Shown: positions 31,295-41,104, counted from the first letter of the stretch. The stretch is 64,000 bases of DNA from an uncultured Chloroflexia bacterium (GCA_963712745.1 CAVQJC010000010.1:1-64000), one strand, 5' to 3'. Notes: a model not told the origin generated them from the sequence alone. Numbers and translations: made by a program.

Positions 31295-32418
31295 GCTGAC
31301 CTCCCATCGATCCAGGCTCCGATGACCTCGAGGAATCGCTCGTTCTGCGGCCGGTCCCGCACCGTGAAGCGCAGGTAGCCGGCCAGTGGTGTGTCCGGCC
31401 CGAAGGTGCGAACGACGATGCCGCCACGCAGCAGAGCCTCGTTGGCGGCATCCGCCTCAGCGGGCGTGCCGATCGGGCAGAGCAGGAAGTTGGTGACGCT
31501 CGGGGTCGGTGGCAGACCCAGCTCCGCGAGCCGGGCGGCCAGCCACTCGCGTTCCCGGCCCAGGGCGGCTGCATTGGCCGCGGCTACCTCGGGCTGCCGC
31601 AGCGCGACCGCGGCGGCCTTGGCCGAAAGCGTGTTGACGCTGCCGGGCGGGCGCAGGCGCTCGAGCTGTTCGATCGTCGAGCGGGCGGCCACGGCGTAGC
31701 CGATGCGCAGCCCGGTCAGCGCGAAGGCCTTCGACATCGTGCGCACGACGATGAGGGCCGGGTAACGCTCACGCAGGTCGACCAGCGACCCGGGGTGGAA
31801 CTCGATGTAGGCCTCATCGACGACGATGGCCGGACCGCCGGCCGGCAGCGAAGCGCCCACTTCCAGCAAGGCCTCGATGTCGGAGCGCGCCTCCGCCGAG
31901 CCGGTGGGATTGTTGGGCGCGCATAGCCACACGACTCCGGCGTCACCCAGGGCCGACCGCGTAGCCGGCAGGTCGAGCACGAAGCCGTCCTCCGGCCCGC
32001 GCCTTGGCACCGAACGAAGGACGGCCCCTCGTTGCTGCGTCAGGACCGCGTACATCGAGTAGGTAGGCACCGGCACCACCGAGCCCGAACCCGGGGACAG
32101 GAACGTCTTGGCGATGATGTCGAGCACCTCGTCAGCACCACAGCCGACGAGGATCTCGTCGGGCCGGGCACCGGCGTAGGCGGCCGCCGCCTCGGCCAGC
32201 TCGGCATAGGTCGAGTCGGGGTACTCGTGCAGGGGCGGGTCCCACGGACCCTCCAGCGCATGGGGCAGGTACGAGAGGACGGCCGGGCTGGTGTTGGTGT
32301 CGAAGCGCAGGATGTCCGCTTCGTCCAGCCCGTAGCGGGCGGCGATGACGCGGTTCGGCGGCTCCCAGGTGTAGACGTTGGAACCGGCTACCAGGGCCTG
32401 TGTCGTCTCGAGCGACAT
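31291..32418 (-). CDS. hisC: Histidinol-phosphate aminotransferase
   Basis: YPD, G.GADE, PNNPTG, VDEAY.EF and RTMSKAFALTGLRIGY motifs. Confidence 0.93.
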   Translation of the reverse strand: MSLETTQALVAGSNVYTWEPPNRVIAARYGLDEADILRFDTNTSPAVLSYLPHALEGPWDPPLHEYPDSTYAELAEAAAAYAGARPDEILVGCGADEVLDIIAKTFLSPGSGSVVPVPTYSMYAVLTQQRGAVLRSVPRRGPEDGFVLDLPATRSALGDAGVVWLCAPNNPTGSAEARSDIEALLEVGASLPAGGPAIVVDEAYIEFHPGSLVDLRERYPALIVVRTMSKAFALTGLRIGYAVAARSTIEQLERLRPPGSVNTLSAKAAAVALRQPEVAAANAAALGREREWLAARLAELGLPPTPSVTNFLLCPIGTPAEADAANEALLRGGIVVRTFGPDTPLAGYLRFTVRDRPQNERFLEVIGAWIDGRSA

Positions 32419-33749
32419 CAGTCCTGGCCCTCGAACCGGATCTCCACGGCGCGGCGGTGTGCCGTCAGGCCCTCCGCCTCGGCCACGGCCGCCACCGCGG
32501 GCAGGATGCGTGCGAGGCCGTCGCGCGTGACGCGGTTGACCTGCATCCAACGTCCGAACGATTCGACCCCCAACGGGCTGTAGGCCCGGCCGCCCCCGGC
32601 CGTGGGCAGGACGTGGTTCGAACCCGCCGCGTAGTCGCCCGCTGACTCGGGCGCATAGGCGCCCAGGAACAGCGACCCGGCGTGGCTGAGCCGGTCCAGC
32701 GCGCCGTCGAGGTCGGCCACCACGACCGACAGGTGCTCGGGAGCGTACTCGTCGGCGAACGCCAGCGCCTCCTCGATGTCGGCCGTGAGCACCACGGTGC
32801 CGGCGGCCCGGACGGACTCGGCCAGCGTGTCGCGGCGCAGGAGTGTGGGCAGCTGAGCCGCGATCTCGGCCTCGACCGCATCGGCCAGCGCCTCCGACGG
32901 CGTGACCAGCAGGGACGGGGAATCGGGACCGTGCTCGGCCTGGCTCAGCAGGTCGGCGGCCACGTGCACCGGGTCGGCCGAATCGTCGGCCACGACCATG
33001 ACCTCGGTGGGGCCGGCCGGCATGTCGATGGCGCAGGAATCGAGCACCTCCAGCTTGGCCGCCGTGACCCAGGCGTTGCCCGGACCCACGATCTTGTCCA
33101 CGCGGCCGATGGACTCGGTGCCGTAGGCCAGCGCCCCCACCGCCTGGGCGCCACCCATGACCCAGAACTCCTCCACCTCCATGAGGCCGGCAGCGCCGAG
33201 CAGGGCAGGGGAGAGCTCGCCACCTGCGCCGGCCGGACTGGCCACCACGAACGTGCCCACGCCGGCCAGGCGCGCAGGGATGGCGCTCATCAGCAGCGAC
33301 GAGGGATAGGCGGCCGTGCCGCCGGGAACGTAGGCTGCGACCCGGTCCAGCCCACGCCAGACGCGGCCAACCTCGACGCCGGGCTCCGTCTCCACCCACT
33401 GCGCCGGCGGCGGCACCTCGATGGCGTGGAAGGACTCGATGTTGCGAGCCATCTGCTCGAGGCCGTCGCGCAGGGCTGTCGGCAGCCGGTCGCGAGCGGC
33501 TCGGAGGTCCTCCGCGGGCACACGCAGCGCGGGCGCATCGGCCGGTTCGGTCAGACCACCGCCAAAGCGCTTGTTGGCCTCGCGCAGGGCCTCGTCCCCA
33601 CCGACGCGCACGGCGTCGACGATGGCTCGCGCCTTGGTTCGGATGTCGGGCGTGGCCGTCGATTCGCGCTCGGTCAGGGCCTTGCGCTCATCCTCGCTGG
33701 CCTCGGCCAGCCGCAGGCGTCTGAGGGTCGGGGCGGGGGCGTCGGTCAT
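32418..33749 (-). CDS. hisD: Histidinol dehydrogenase
   Basis: YVPGG.A.YPSS, KIVGPGN.WV, IDMPAGPTE, DLLSQAEH, APEHL and GDY..G.NHVLPT motifs. Confidence 0.97.
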   Translation of the reverse strand: MTDAPAPTLRRLRLAEASEDERKALTERESTATPDIRTKARAIVDAVRVGGDEALREANKRFGGGLTEPADAPALRVPAEDLRAARDRLPTALRDGLEQMARNIESFHAIEVPPPAQWVETEPGVEVGRVWRGLDRVAAYVPGGTAAYPSSLLMSAIPARLAGVGTFVVASPAGAGGELSPALLGAAGLMEVEEFWVMGGAQAVGALAYGTESIGRVDKIVGPGNAWVTAAKLEVLDSCAIDMPAGPTEVMVVADDSADPVHVAADLLSQAEHGPDSPSLLVTPSEALADAVEAEIAAQLPTLLRRDTLAESVRAAGTVVLTADIEEALAFADEYAPEHLSVVVADLDGALDRLSHAGSLFLGAYAPESAGDYAAGSNHVLPTAGGGRAYSPLGVESFGRWMQVNRVTRDGLARILPAVAAVAEAEGLTAHRRAVEIRFEGQD

Positions 33750-34648
33750 GGCAGGAGCTTCTCCACGGGGACAACGAGGATGCCGGTGGCGCCGGCTTCA
33801 CGCAGTGGGACGAGGATGCGGTGGACGTCGTTGGCGCCCACCACGGCATGGACGGCGTGCATGCCTTCGTGGGCGAGCGGCAGGACGCTGGGGGACTCCA
33901 GCCCGGGCAGGATGGCTTCGATCGCCTCGAGCGATGCGGTCGGCGCGTTCATCATCAGGTACTTCACGCCGCGCCCGGCGATGACCGCCTCGATCATCGT
34001 GCGCACCTCGGCCATGATGGCGGACGCTTCCGGCGTGCCGTCCTTGCGCCCGACCAGGATGGCCTGGCTGGCGAAGAGCGGGCCCACCGAGCGCAGGCCA
34101 TTCATGATCAGCGTCGAGCCGCTCGAGACGAGGTCGACGACGCCGTCGGCGAGGCCCATGGTGGGCGCGACCTCGACGGCGCCGGAGACGGTCACGATGG
34201 TGGCCTCGATGCCGCGCTGGGCGAAGGACGTCTCGGTCGCGTGAGGATGGCTGGTAGCGAGGCGCATGCCGGCGAGGTCCTCGAGCGAGCGCGCCGGGGA
34301 CTCGTTGGGCACCGCCGCCTCCAGGCGGCAGTAGCCATAGCCCAGCTCGACGAACGTGTCGAGGTCGGCTCCCGCCTCGATGAGCAGGTTGGTGCCGGTG
34401 ATGCCGAGGTCGGCTACTCCGTCGGCCACGAACTCGACGATGTCGTCGGTGCGCACGAAGAGGATGTCGAGCGGGAAGCCCTCGACCTTGGCCGTCAGCG
34501 CGCGCGTGCCGTCCTCGAAACGCAGGCCTGCGTCGTGGAGCAGTTGCAGGGAGGGACCCTGCATCCGGCCCTTGTTGGGGATGGCCAGGCGTACCCGGCC
34601 CGACTCGCTGCCGGGAAAGGCGGTCACGCGACCTTCGTTGGCGATCAC
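33746..34648 (-). CDS. hisG: ATP phosphoribosyltransferase, long form
   Basis: LAIPNKGR, R.DDI...V..G.ADLGITG, GAVE.AP..G.AD..VDLVSSG.TL and C-terminal regulatory domain (LPG..SP.V.PL). Confidence 0.95.
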   Translation of the reverse strand: MIANEGRVTAFPGSESGRVRLAIPNKGRMQGPSLQLLHDAGLRFEDGTRALTAKVEGFPLDILFVRTDDIVEFVADGVADLGITGTNLLIEAGADLDTFVELGYGYCRLEAAVPNESPARSLEDLAGMRLATSHPHATETSFAQRGIEATIVTVSGAVEVAPTMGLADGVVDLVSSGSTLIMNGLRSVGPLFASQAILVGRKDGTPEASAIMAEVRTMIEAVIAGRGVKYLMMNAPTASLEAIEAILPGLESPSVLPLAHEGMHAVHAVVGANDVHRILVPLREAGATGILVVPVEKLLP

Positions 34649-34955
34649 CTGGACGTCTCCCCGGTGATGGTGCGGTCGAGCGCCTCGCGGTAGCCGCCGG
34701 TGCCGTGGTTGAGCCACTGCGCGATGCGCGTGACGGTGGCCGTGCTGGCGCCGGTGGTACGGCTGATCTCGGCGTAGGGGATCCCTCGTCGAGCAGGCGC
34801 ACGACATGCCAGCGCTGCGCCAGGTCGTGCAGCTCGCGCAGCGTGCACAGGTCGCGGAAGAACCGCTCAGCGGCTGCCCGGTCGGGCAGTGCGAGGATGG
34901 TGTCGAGGAGGTCGCTCGTGTCTTCCGAGCGCCACTCGGTGGGATCGATGCTCAT
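34645..34955 (-). CDS. TrpR-related YerC/YecD regulator, putative HisR (apparent frameshift near 34783)
   Basis: FFRDLCTLREL..LAQRW.V..LL in one frame, then Y.EISR.TGASTATVTR....L..G.GGY in the next. Confidence 0.85.
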
Positions 34956-35016
34956 GGTCTCCTGCTGGCGTGCCAGCCCGTTGAGTGGGCGTGCGTCTCA
35001 GTGGGTCGTACGTGTC

Positions 35017-35060
35017 TGTATCGCTATGCTAGCATAGTAGCATGCTACAACGCTACAACA
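35017..35060. promoter_or_regulatory. Putative TrpR-family (HisR) tandem operator in the divergent yerC/hisA promoter region
   Basis: Perfect palindromes CTATGCTAGCATAG (35024-35037) and GTAGCATGCTAC (35037-35048), with 8-bp periodic units. Confidence 0.6.
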
Positions 35061-35079
35061 GCCAGGCGGAGTCCCGCCG

Positions 35080-35808
35080 ATGGAGCTGATCCCCGCCATC
35101 GACCTCCTGGGCGGTCGCGTGGTGCGCCTGTCGAAGGGCGCCTATGACGCGGTCACCGAATACGCGGACGACCCCATCGAGGTCGCGCGCGAGTTCGCAG
35201 CCGCAGGCGCCGAGCGCATCCACATCGTCGATCTCGATGCCGCGCGCGAGGGGAGGGCGATGCAGGCGGAAGTCGTCGCCCGCGTGGTCGAGGCGGTGGA
35301 CGTGCCCTGCCAGGTCGCCGGGGGCATCCGCGATGCCGACGCGGTGGCGCGAGGGCTGGCGGCCGGTGCGGACCGGCTCGTGATGGGTTCAGCGCTCATC
35401 AGCAGCCCGCTCCTGGCCAAGACGCTCAGCGAGCGCTACGGGCCCGATCGCATCGTGGCCGCGCTCGACGTTCGCGCCGGCCAGGCGCTCGGCGACGGCT
35501 GGGTCGACGGTGCGCGCGGTGCCGAGGTCATCGGCCTGGCGCAGCGCCTGGCGGAGGTCGGGCTGAGATGGTTCGCCGTCACCGCCATCGCTCGTGACGG
35601 GCAGATGAGCGGGCCCGACTACGAGCTGCTCGAGGCAGTGCGCTCCGCGGTACCCGGCGCGGCCATCATCGCGTCCGGAGGCGTCAGCTCAGTAGCTGAC
35701 ATCCGCGAGCTTGCGGCGCGCGGCTTCGACGCCGCCATCACGGGCCGTGCGCTGTATGAAGGCGCGTTCACCCTGGAAGAGGCCCTGGAGGCGGCGAGGG
35801 GCGCCTAG
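35080..35808 (+). CDS. hisA: ProFAR isomerase HisA
   Basis: IPAIDL.GG.VVRL..G, HIVDLD.A, Q..GGIR, T.IARDG...GP and IASGGV motifs. Confidence 0.95.
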   Translation: MELIPAIDLLGGRVVRLSKGAYDAVTEYADDPIEVAREFAAAGAERIHIVDLDAAREGRAMQAEVVARVVEAVDVPCQVAGGIRDADAVARGLAAGADRLVMGSALISSPLLAKTLSERYGPDRIVAALDVRAGQALGDGWVDGARGAEVIGLAQRLAEVGLRWFAVTAIARDGQMSGPDYELLEAVRSAVPGAAIIASGGVSSVADIRELAARGFDAAITGRALYEGAFTLEEALEAARGA

Positions 35809-36110
35809 CGCACAAGGTCGAAAGGCCGCCACGCGTACGAGTCGCCCGGGCGTGGCTCGAGCGCCATCCCCGGTGAGCTGCGTGCTCAGACCCACACAAT
35901 GAATGCCTTGGAGAAGGGCCTCACCGGTGACATCGTTGGGTTGTCAAGCAACCAGCACCAGGAGGCCCGCACATGTCGTACGCCGGCTTGGACCTATCGC
36001 GCCAGAGGCTTGATGTGCACGTCGTGGATGAGGACGGCTCGACCGTCGACGTGACCGCCGTGCATCCGGACGCCGACGCCCTGCGGACGCTAACCACGGT
36101 GGTGGCTCGA
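35809..36110 (+). mobile_element. IS110-family relic: left non-coding end plus N-terminal transposase fragment
   Basis: ORF at 35973 (AGGAGG RBS) begins MSYAGLDLSRQRLDVHVVDEDG, resembling the DEDD RuvC-like N-terminus, then degenerates. The upstream ~160 nt contain the CCGGTGAG/CTCACCGG inverted repeat. Confidence 0.65.
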
Positions 36111-36302
36111 GATGAGCGGCTCGAGCGGTCGGCGACGGTCTTGAAGCCATCGCACGAGTCCTCGCCGGCCGGGCCACTTCGTCTTCCTGGCCGTCCGCCT
36201 GCTGGTTCCGGGGTCGAGCTCCTATACTCACCGTGAACCTAGAGGGCCGCGAGGAAGTGTCGGTCGGGGGGCTCTTGATCTCTTCCATCCCTGGAGGGAA
36301 CA

Positions 36303-37460
36303 GTGCCCAAGTCCCGAACCATGCCTCGTCGCTTGCTGGCCGCGCTCGCGCTCGGCTCGAGCCTCGTGGCGGCCAATGCTCTTGTCGCCACGGCCACCAC
36401 ACCCGAGTTGCCCCCGAACGCCGCGGGCTATGTGGCCGTCTGCCCCGATGCCGCGAACGGTGGCCTTCAGACCGTCATCGTGCCCGCGGACGAGGCGGAC
36501 GCACTCGTGACCGAGAGCAGTGTCGGCGCGCCATGCGCGGTCGCGCCCGGTGCCGATGCCTACGGTCCCGCGCCCGATCCCGAGACTGGCCACTACGTCG
36601 GCGAGATCGCCGATGGCATCTTCTGGGTCACCGAGGGCGTGTACCAGGCGATGTTCTTGACGACCGGTGAGGGTGTCATCGTGGTCGATGCCCCGCCGAG
36701 CATCCCGGACATCGCCGGCGCCATCGCCTCGGTCACGGACGAACCGATCACCCACGTCATCTACAGCCACAGCCACGCCGACCACATCGCCGGGGCGGGC
36801 AACTATCCCCCCGAGGCCACGTATGTCGCGCACGCGGACACCGCCGCCCAACTCGAGAAGTCACTGGCCACGAACCCTGCCTGGGGCGCGTTCGTCGGTG
36901 GTGGCCCGGTGCCGCTGCCGACGGTGACCTTCGATGACGCCTACACCCTGGAAGTTGGCGACAAGACGCTCGAGCTCTCGACGCCAAACGTGCTCGCGCA
37001 CGAGCCGGGCAACATCTTCATCTTCGCGCCGGAGCAGAACGTGCTCGCCGTCATCGATCTCGTCTTCCCCGGCTGGTCACCCTTCAAGGACCTGGCCCAG
37101 GCCGAGGACGTCCTCGGATACCTGGCCGCGCATGACGAGATCCTCGCCTTCGGGGCCGACACGATCGTGACCGGCCACATGGGTCGGCTGGGGACGATCG
37201 CGGACGTCGAGCTGAACAAGGAGTACATGGCCGAAATCCAGGCCGCTGCCCTGGCCGCGCTGCAGAGCGTGGCACTCGACCCCATCGCCGCCGAGACCGG
37301 CTATGCCAATCCGTGGCTCTTGTTCGACAGCTACTTCGACGCACTCGTCTCGAGTTGCGAGGCGCAAGTGGTGCCGAACTGGACGGGTCGACTGGCGGGC
37401 GCCGATGTCTTCACAGCCGACCACTGCTATCGGATCTTGGAGTCGCTCCGGATCGACTGA
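36303..37460 (+). CDS. Secreted MBL-fold metallo-hydrolase
   Basis: Signal peptide, GEGVIVVDAP, YSHSHADH (HxHxDH), later D and GH ligands. Confidence 0.85.
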   Translation: MPKSRTMPRRLLAALALGSSLVAANALVATATTPELPPNAAGYVAVCPDAANGGLQTVIVPADEADALVTESSVGAPCAVAPGADAYGPAPDPETGHYVGEIADGIFWVTEGVYQAMFLTTGEGVIVVDAPPSIPDIAGAIASVTDEPITHVIYSHSHADHIAGAGNYPPEATYVAHADTAAQLEKSLATNPAWGAFVGGGPVPLPTVTFDDAYTLEVGDKTLELSTPNVLAHEPGNIFIFAPEQNVLAVIDLVFPGWSPFKDLAQAEDVLGYLAAHDEILAFGADTIVTGHMGRLGTIADVELNKEYMAEIQAAALAALQSVALDPIAAETGYANPWLLFDSYFDALVSSCEAQVVPNWTGRLAGADVFTADHCYRILESLRID

Positions 37461-37575
37461 CTCGCGGTCAGACGCACCAGCGGGGCGACCAGTCTTGGTC
37501 GTCCCCGCACCTCGCCCAGGCTGGGCCGGCACACGATCGGCGGATGGTGACCAAGGGACGCCGCGGGTTGCCCGG

Positions 37576-37665
37576 AAATCGCCAGGCGTGCTCTGTCTGG
37601 TCGTCGCCGCCACGGCGTGGGGCCGACCGTCACTTGACCCGTTGAACGGGGCGGGGATGATGGGA
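37576..37665 (+). repeat. Cassette module copy a (shortened dyad + promoter)
   Basis: AAATCGCCAGG..CTCTGTCTGGT-CGTCGCCGCCACGGC...TTGACC(37634)-N16-GATGAT. Confidence 0.75.
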
Positions 37666-37745
37666 AGCAGCACAAGGGGGACCGAGATGATGTGCTAGTG
37701 GCCGGCTACCCCCGCTGGGTTGAGCGACCGCCGCCGTGCGCAGCA

Positions 37746-37830
37746 CGATGACTGGTCGTCGCCACCGTCACCGTGCCCGCCGGCGGTCCGTTCGTCACTT
37801 GACCCCCTGAAGGCCCCGCCGGACGATGGG
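37746..37830 (+). repeat. Cassette module copy b (right arm + promoter)
   Basis: CGATGACTGGT-CGTCGCCACCG...TTGACC(37799)-N17-GACGAT. Confidence 0.75.
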
Positions 37831-37851
37831 ACCCAACGGAGGTGATGGCTC

Positions 37852-39036
37852 ATGGAGCGGTCTCGCTCGGTCGGGCGGCTCGTCATCAGCACCATCGGAA
37901 TCCTGACCGGGGTGGCCTTCCTCGTCTCCCTGGCCTCGTGGGTGCCCCACACGGTCCTGGCACCGCTCGTCGGGCCCCAGCGGATCGAACGCGCCGAGGC
38001 CGGCTTCGCCATCGCCCTGCCGCTCGACTGGGAGCACGCCGACGCTGTCGATGCGGACCCCGACGAGTGGTGGGACCCCGACGAGGTCGTCTCGGTCGCG
38101 GCGCATCATCGGGAGGTCCTCGCCGATGGAGGCCTGCTGCTGGCCCGCAGCCGTTCACCGTTCTCGACCGACGGCTGCATCCTGTACGACTTCTCTGCTC
38201 GCGCCGCCGAACCACCTACCTGGACCACCCTCGCCCATGTCACGAGCGAGGTCCAGGCCTTCGAGGAGGACCCCGAGGTCATCGACGCCGAGGCCACCTT
38301 CCTCGAGTTGCCCGCGGGTCCTGCCCTGCGCGTCGACGTGCGCCGGTGGGATGGCTGGGACGGAAGCGACTTCTACCTCGCCGATGGGCTGCGCTGGTAT
38401 GAGCTGGACTGCGGAGCGGAGACCGCGCCCGACGACCGCTGGCTCTCCGTCGCCGAGACCTTCGAGTTCCTGCCCGTCGAGGGTATGTCCCGGCCCGTAG
38501 CCAGCCCCGCACCTCAGCGCGTCGAGCGCCCCGAGGCGGGCTTCGCGCTCATCCTGCCGTACGGCTGGCAGTACATGGACGCCGCGGAGGCCGATCCCCA
38601 CGAGTGGTGGGACGCCGAGGTCGTCGACGACGTGGAGGCATACCACGAGTCGCGCATCGCCGATGGCCTGCTCCTGACGGCACGCGCGTACCTGCCCACC
38701 GAGCCCGCGATGCAGCGATGCGACCTCGTCGACCTCACGGACCTGGCGACGATGTCCCCGGCCTGGGCCACGCTCGAGGATGCGGAGCAGGACTTCCGGG
38801 TCTGGTGGAGGGCCGATCCCGAACTGACCGCCTTCGAGGCCGACTACGTCGCTCTTCCCGCCGGACGCGTGCTGTCCATCGACAGCCACTGGCAGGATGA
38901 CCTGGTCGCCCGCGACTACGTGTACACCGACGGCGGGAGATGGTTTCAGCTTCCTTGCTCGACGTGGGGTACCCAGCCCGAGGATCGCTGGCTGGCGATC
39001 GCCGAGACGTTCGAGCTCCTGCCCGCCGACGAGTGA
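37852..39036 (+). CDS. Membrane-anchored protein with two tandem copies of an island-specific domain (PsbP/DUF1795-like by pattern)
   Basis: N-terminal TM; each half runs R.E.(P)EAGFA..LP..W ... P.DRWL.(V/I)AETFE.LP. Confidence 0.7.
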   Translation: MERSRSVGRLVISTIGILTGVAFLVSLASWVPHTVLAPLVGPQRIERAEAGFAIALPLDWEHADAVDADPDEWWDPDEVVSVAAHHREVLADGGLLLARSRSPFSTDGCILYDFSARAAEPPTWTTLAHVTSEVQAFEEDPEVIDAEATFLELPAGPALRVDVRRWDGWDGSDFYLADGLRWYELDCGAETAPDDRWLSVAETFEFLPVEGMSRPVASPAPQRVERPEAGFALILPYGWQYMDAAEADPHEWWDAEVVDDVEAYHESRIADGLLLTARAYLPTEPAMQRCDLVDLTDLATMSPAWATLEDAEQDFRVWWRADPELTAFEADYVALPAGRVLSIDSHWQDDLVARDYVYTDGGRWFQLPCSTWGTQPEDRWLAIAETFELLPADE

Positions 39037-39154
39037 GTCACCGCCAACAAGAAGGGTGGTGACCGACCGTCGCACACGATCGCGCAATCGTGTGGGTGCC
39101 ACGAGAGCTCGCTCCCGCGTCGAAGACCGCCATCTCCTGCGCCGCCGCGCGCGG

Positions 39155-39199
39155 GCCATTCGTCACTTGACCCGCTGAGGCCGGCGCGGAAGATGGGGA
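39155..39199 (+). repeat. Cassette module copy c (promoter half only)
   Basis: CCATTCGTCACTTGACC(39167)-N16-GAAGATGGGGA. Confidence 0.7.
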
Positions 39200-39240
39200 T
39201 ATCGGCAAGGTCGATAGGGTGATCGGGAGGTCCATCGCCG

Positions 39241-39522
39241 ATGGGAGCATTCGAAGCCCGCGAGGTCGCTCGAGTGGCGGTCGGTGTGGCTGCTGTGCTT
39301 GCCCAGACCGGGCTCGCGCTCCTCTACATCGGCTGGGCCATATTCGTGGTCCCGCCACCCGCGATCTTCGTTCTCGCGTGCCTTTGGCTCGCTCAGATGG
39401 TGGTCGTCATCTGGCTCGCCATCCGTGACGCGTGGCTCGCGCCGCTCGTACCGGTCGTGTCGTTCATCTCAGTGATGCTCATCCTCGAGTACGGGAAAGC
39501 GAACCTCGGCTGGGGGGCCTAG
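39241..39522 (+). CDS. Small 3-TM membrane protein
   Basis: Highly hydrophobic 93-aa ORF downstream of module c. Confidence 0.55.
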   Translation: MGAFEAREVARVAVGVAAVLAQTGLALLYIGWAIFVVPPPAIFVLACLWLAQMVVVIWLAIRDAWLAPLVPVVSFISVMLILEYGKANLGWGA

Positions 39523-39547
39523 CCGAGTCGCTGCCTGATTCTCAGCG

Positions 39548-39640
39548 AACCGCCATGAACAACGGGATTGGTCTGGTCGTCGCCGCCGTGGCTGCGGGCC
39601 GTCCGGCCCTTGGCCCACCGACCGGGACGCGGAGGATGAG
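39548..39640 (+). repeat. Cassette module copy d (full)
   Basis: AACCGCCATGA-ACAACGGG-ATTGGTCTGGT-CGTCGCCGCCGTGGC..GGGCCGTCCGGCCC-TTGGCC-N16-GAGGAT. Confidence 0.85.
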
Positions 39641-40133
39641 GCGTGAGTTGAGTCGCCACCCGATGTCGCGGGTCCGACTCACGCGCACGCTCCGGGCATG
39701 AGAGCCACGTCTCGGATCGAGGTACTCCTGTGGGACCGTCAGCGGCAACGAGGTCGCCTTGGGGCGACGCTGGTGCCATGGGCCGATCCTGTGCGTCCGC
39801 CGCAGAAGGATCGTTGAGATGGAAGGATCGGATCGCGGCGCCGGTACCCGGCGCCAGAGGCTCCTACGGTTGCTCGCCGGGGCCGTAGCCGGCTGCCCTG
39901 GACTGGAAGTGGTCGCCACGGATCGCGATGGTCGACGATCGGAGGATGCAGGGTCGGGGCACGTGCTGGGGCCGTCCTCGGATCGAGATGCCGAGAACCA
40001 GCAGCGCGACCTCGTCTCCGTCAGGGATCGGATCGGCCTTGGCTGCTCCCTATTCCCGGGATGCGGCGCGTTCGTGGGCTCGCTCGTGATGTCTGGGATG
40101 CTCATGGTCCTCGCCCGATCGCTGATCAGGTAG

Positions 40134-40595
40134 GTGATGGTCACACCCAGCCCGGCGACGGATGAGTCGCAAGCTGAGTCGCCGCCCGATGTGGCGGGTT
40201 CGACTCAGGCGCACGCTCGGGGCATGACGACATCACGACGCATCATCGCGGTCGTGCTCGGCCTTCTCGGTGCCGAGCGCATCATCTACGCGGACATCGT
40301 CGGCGTGGTGCCCGGGGCGCAATCGACACCGGCGCTCAGCCTAGCCATCGGGCTGGGGGTCCTCATCGCGGCCATGGGGCTCTTCCTGGGTTATGGCTGG
40401 GCACGATGGCCCGCTGTCATCGGTGCGACCCTCGTCGCGCTACAGGGGCTTGGCTACGTCGTCTGGGGCCTCAGCCGGTCTCTCGACCCGGGTTTCCTCC
40501 TCGGCCTCATCGAGCCGGTCCTCTGCGCAGTCATCGTCGTCAGGTTGCTCCTGTATTGGCCACCTGGCGTGTCGTGGGCCGCACGATTGCGATAG
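40134..40595 (+). CDS. Hypothetical 4-TM membrane protein
   Basis: Hydrophobic segments and an LFLGYGWARW pattern. Confidence 0.55.
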   Translation: MMVTPSPATDESQAESPPDVAGSTQAHARGMTTSRRIIAVVLGLLGAERIIYADIVGVVPGAQSTPALSLAIGLGVLIAAMGLFLGYGWARWPAVIGATLVALQGLGYVVWGLSRSLDPGFLLGLIEPVLCAVIVVRLLLYWPPGVSWAARLR

Positions 40596-40859
40596 CCGCG
40601 CATGGCGACGCTGCCATCTACAAGTGCCCTCAGCCACGCCCTGGGGCGGGCCGGCATTGATCCCGGCCCGGGCCGAGGGCCTCGTCGACACTATCTCGCC
40701 ATCGTGGCAGCCGACCTGGTTCGAGGGTTCCGGGTACTGGCACGAGGTTCAGCTTTCACCACCTCGTCGGCTGCGCGCGGGCGCTGCGGGCAACACCGCC
40801 ATGTCTGGGCTGAGGGCTTCCCGAGAGCCTTACAGTAGGTTGACGCGAGGCAGGCAAGG

Positions 40860-41101
40860 CGACTCGTGGCCTACAGCCGTCGGGCGAACCCCTGGGCCGA
40901 GGAGGTGTACCGCCGGGCACGTGCGCGCGGCAAGAGTCATCCCCATGCCGTGCGCATCCTCGCCCGGGCGTGGATCCACGTCATCTGGCGCTGCTGGCAG
41001 GACCGTGTCCCCTACGACCCGGCCCGCCACGGCGCCCTGCAGCGGGTGAACCTCGCCTCGACCGGGGTGGCGGCGTGATCAGGGGTTGACATAGGGCTAC
41101 T
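40860..41101 (+). mobile_element. IS110-family relic: C-terminal transposase fragment and right end
   Basis: SRRANPWA..VY.RARARGK.HPHAVRILARAW..VIWRCWQD..PYDP..H.AL, followed by GGGGTTGACATAGGGCTACT containing an outward -35 TTGACA. Confidence 0.75.
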
Positions 41102-41104
41102 CGG

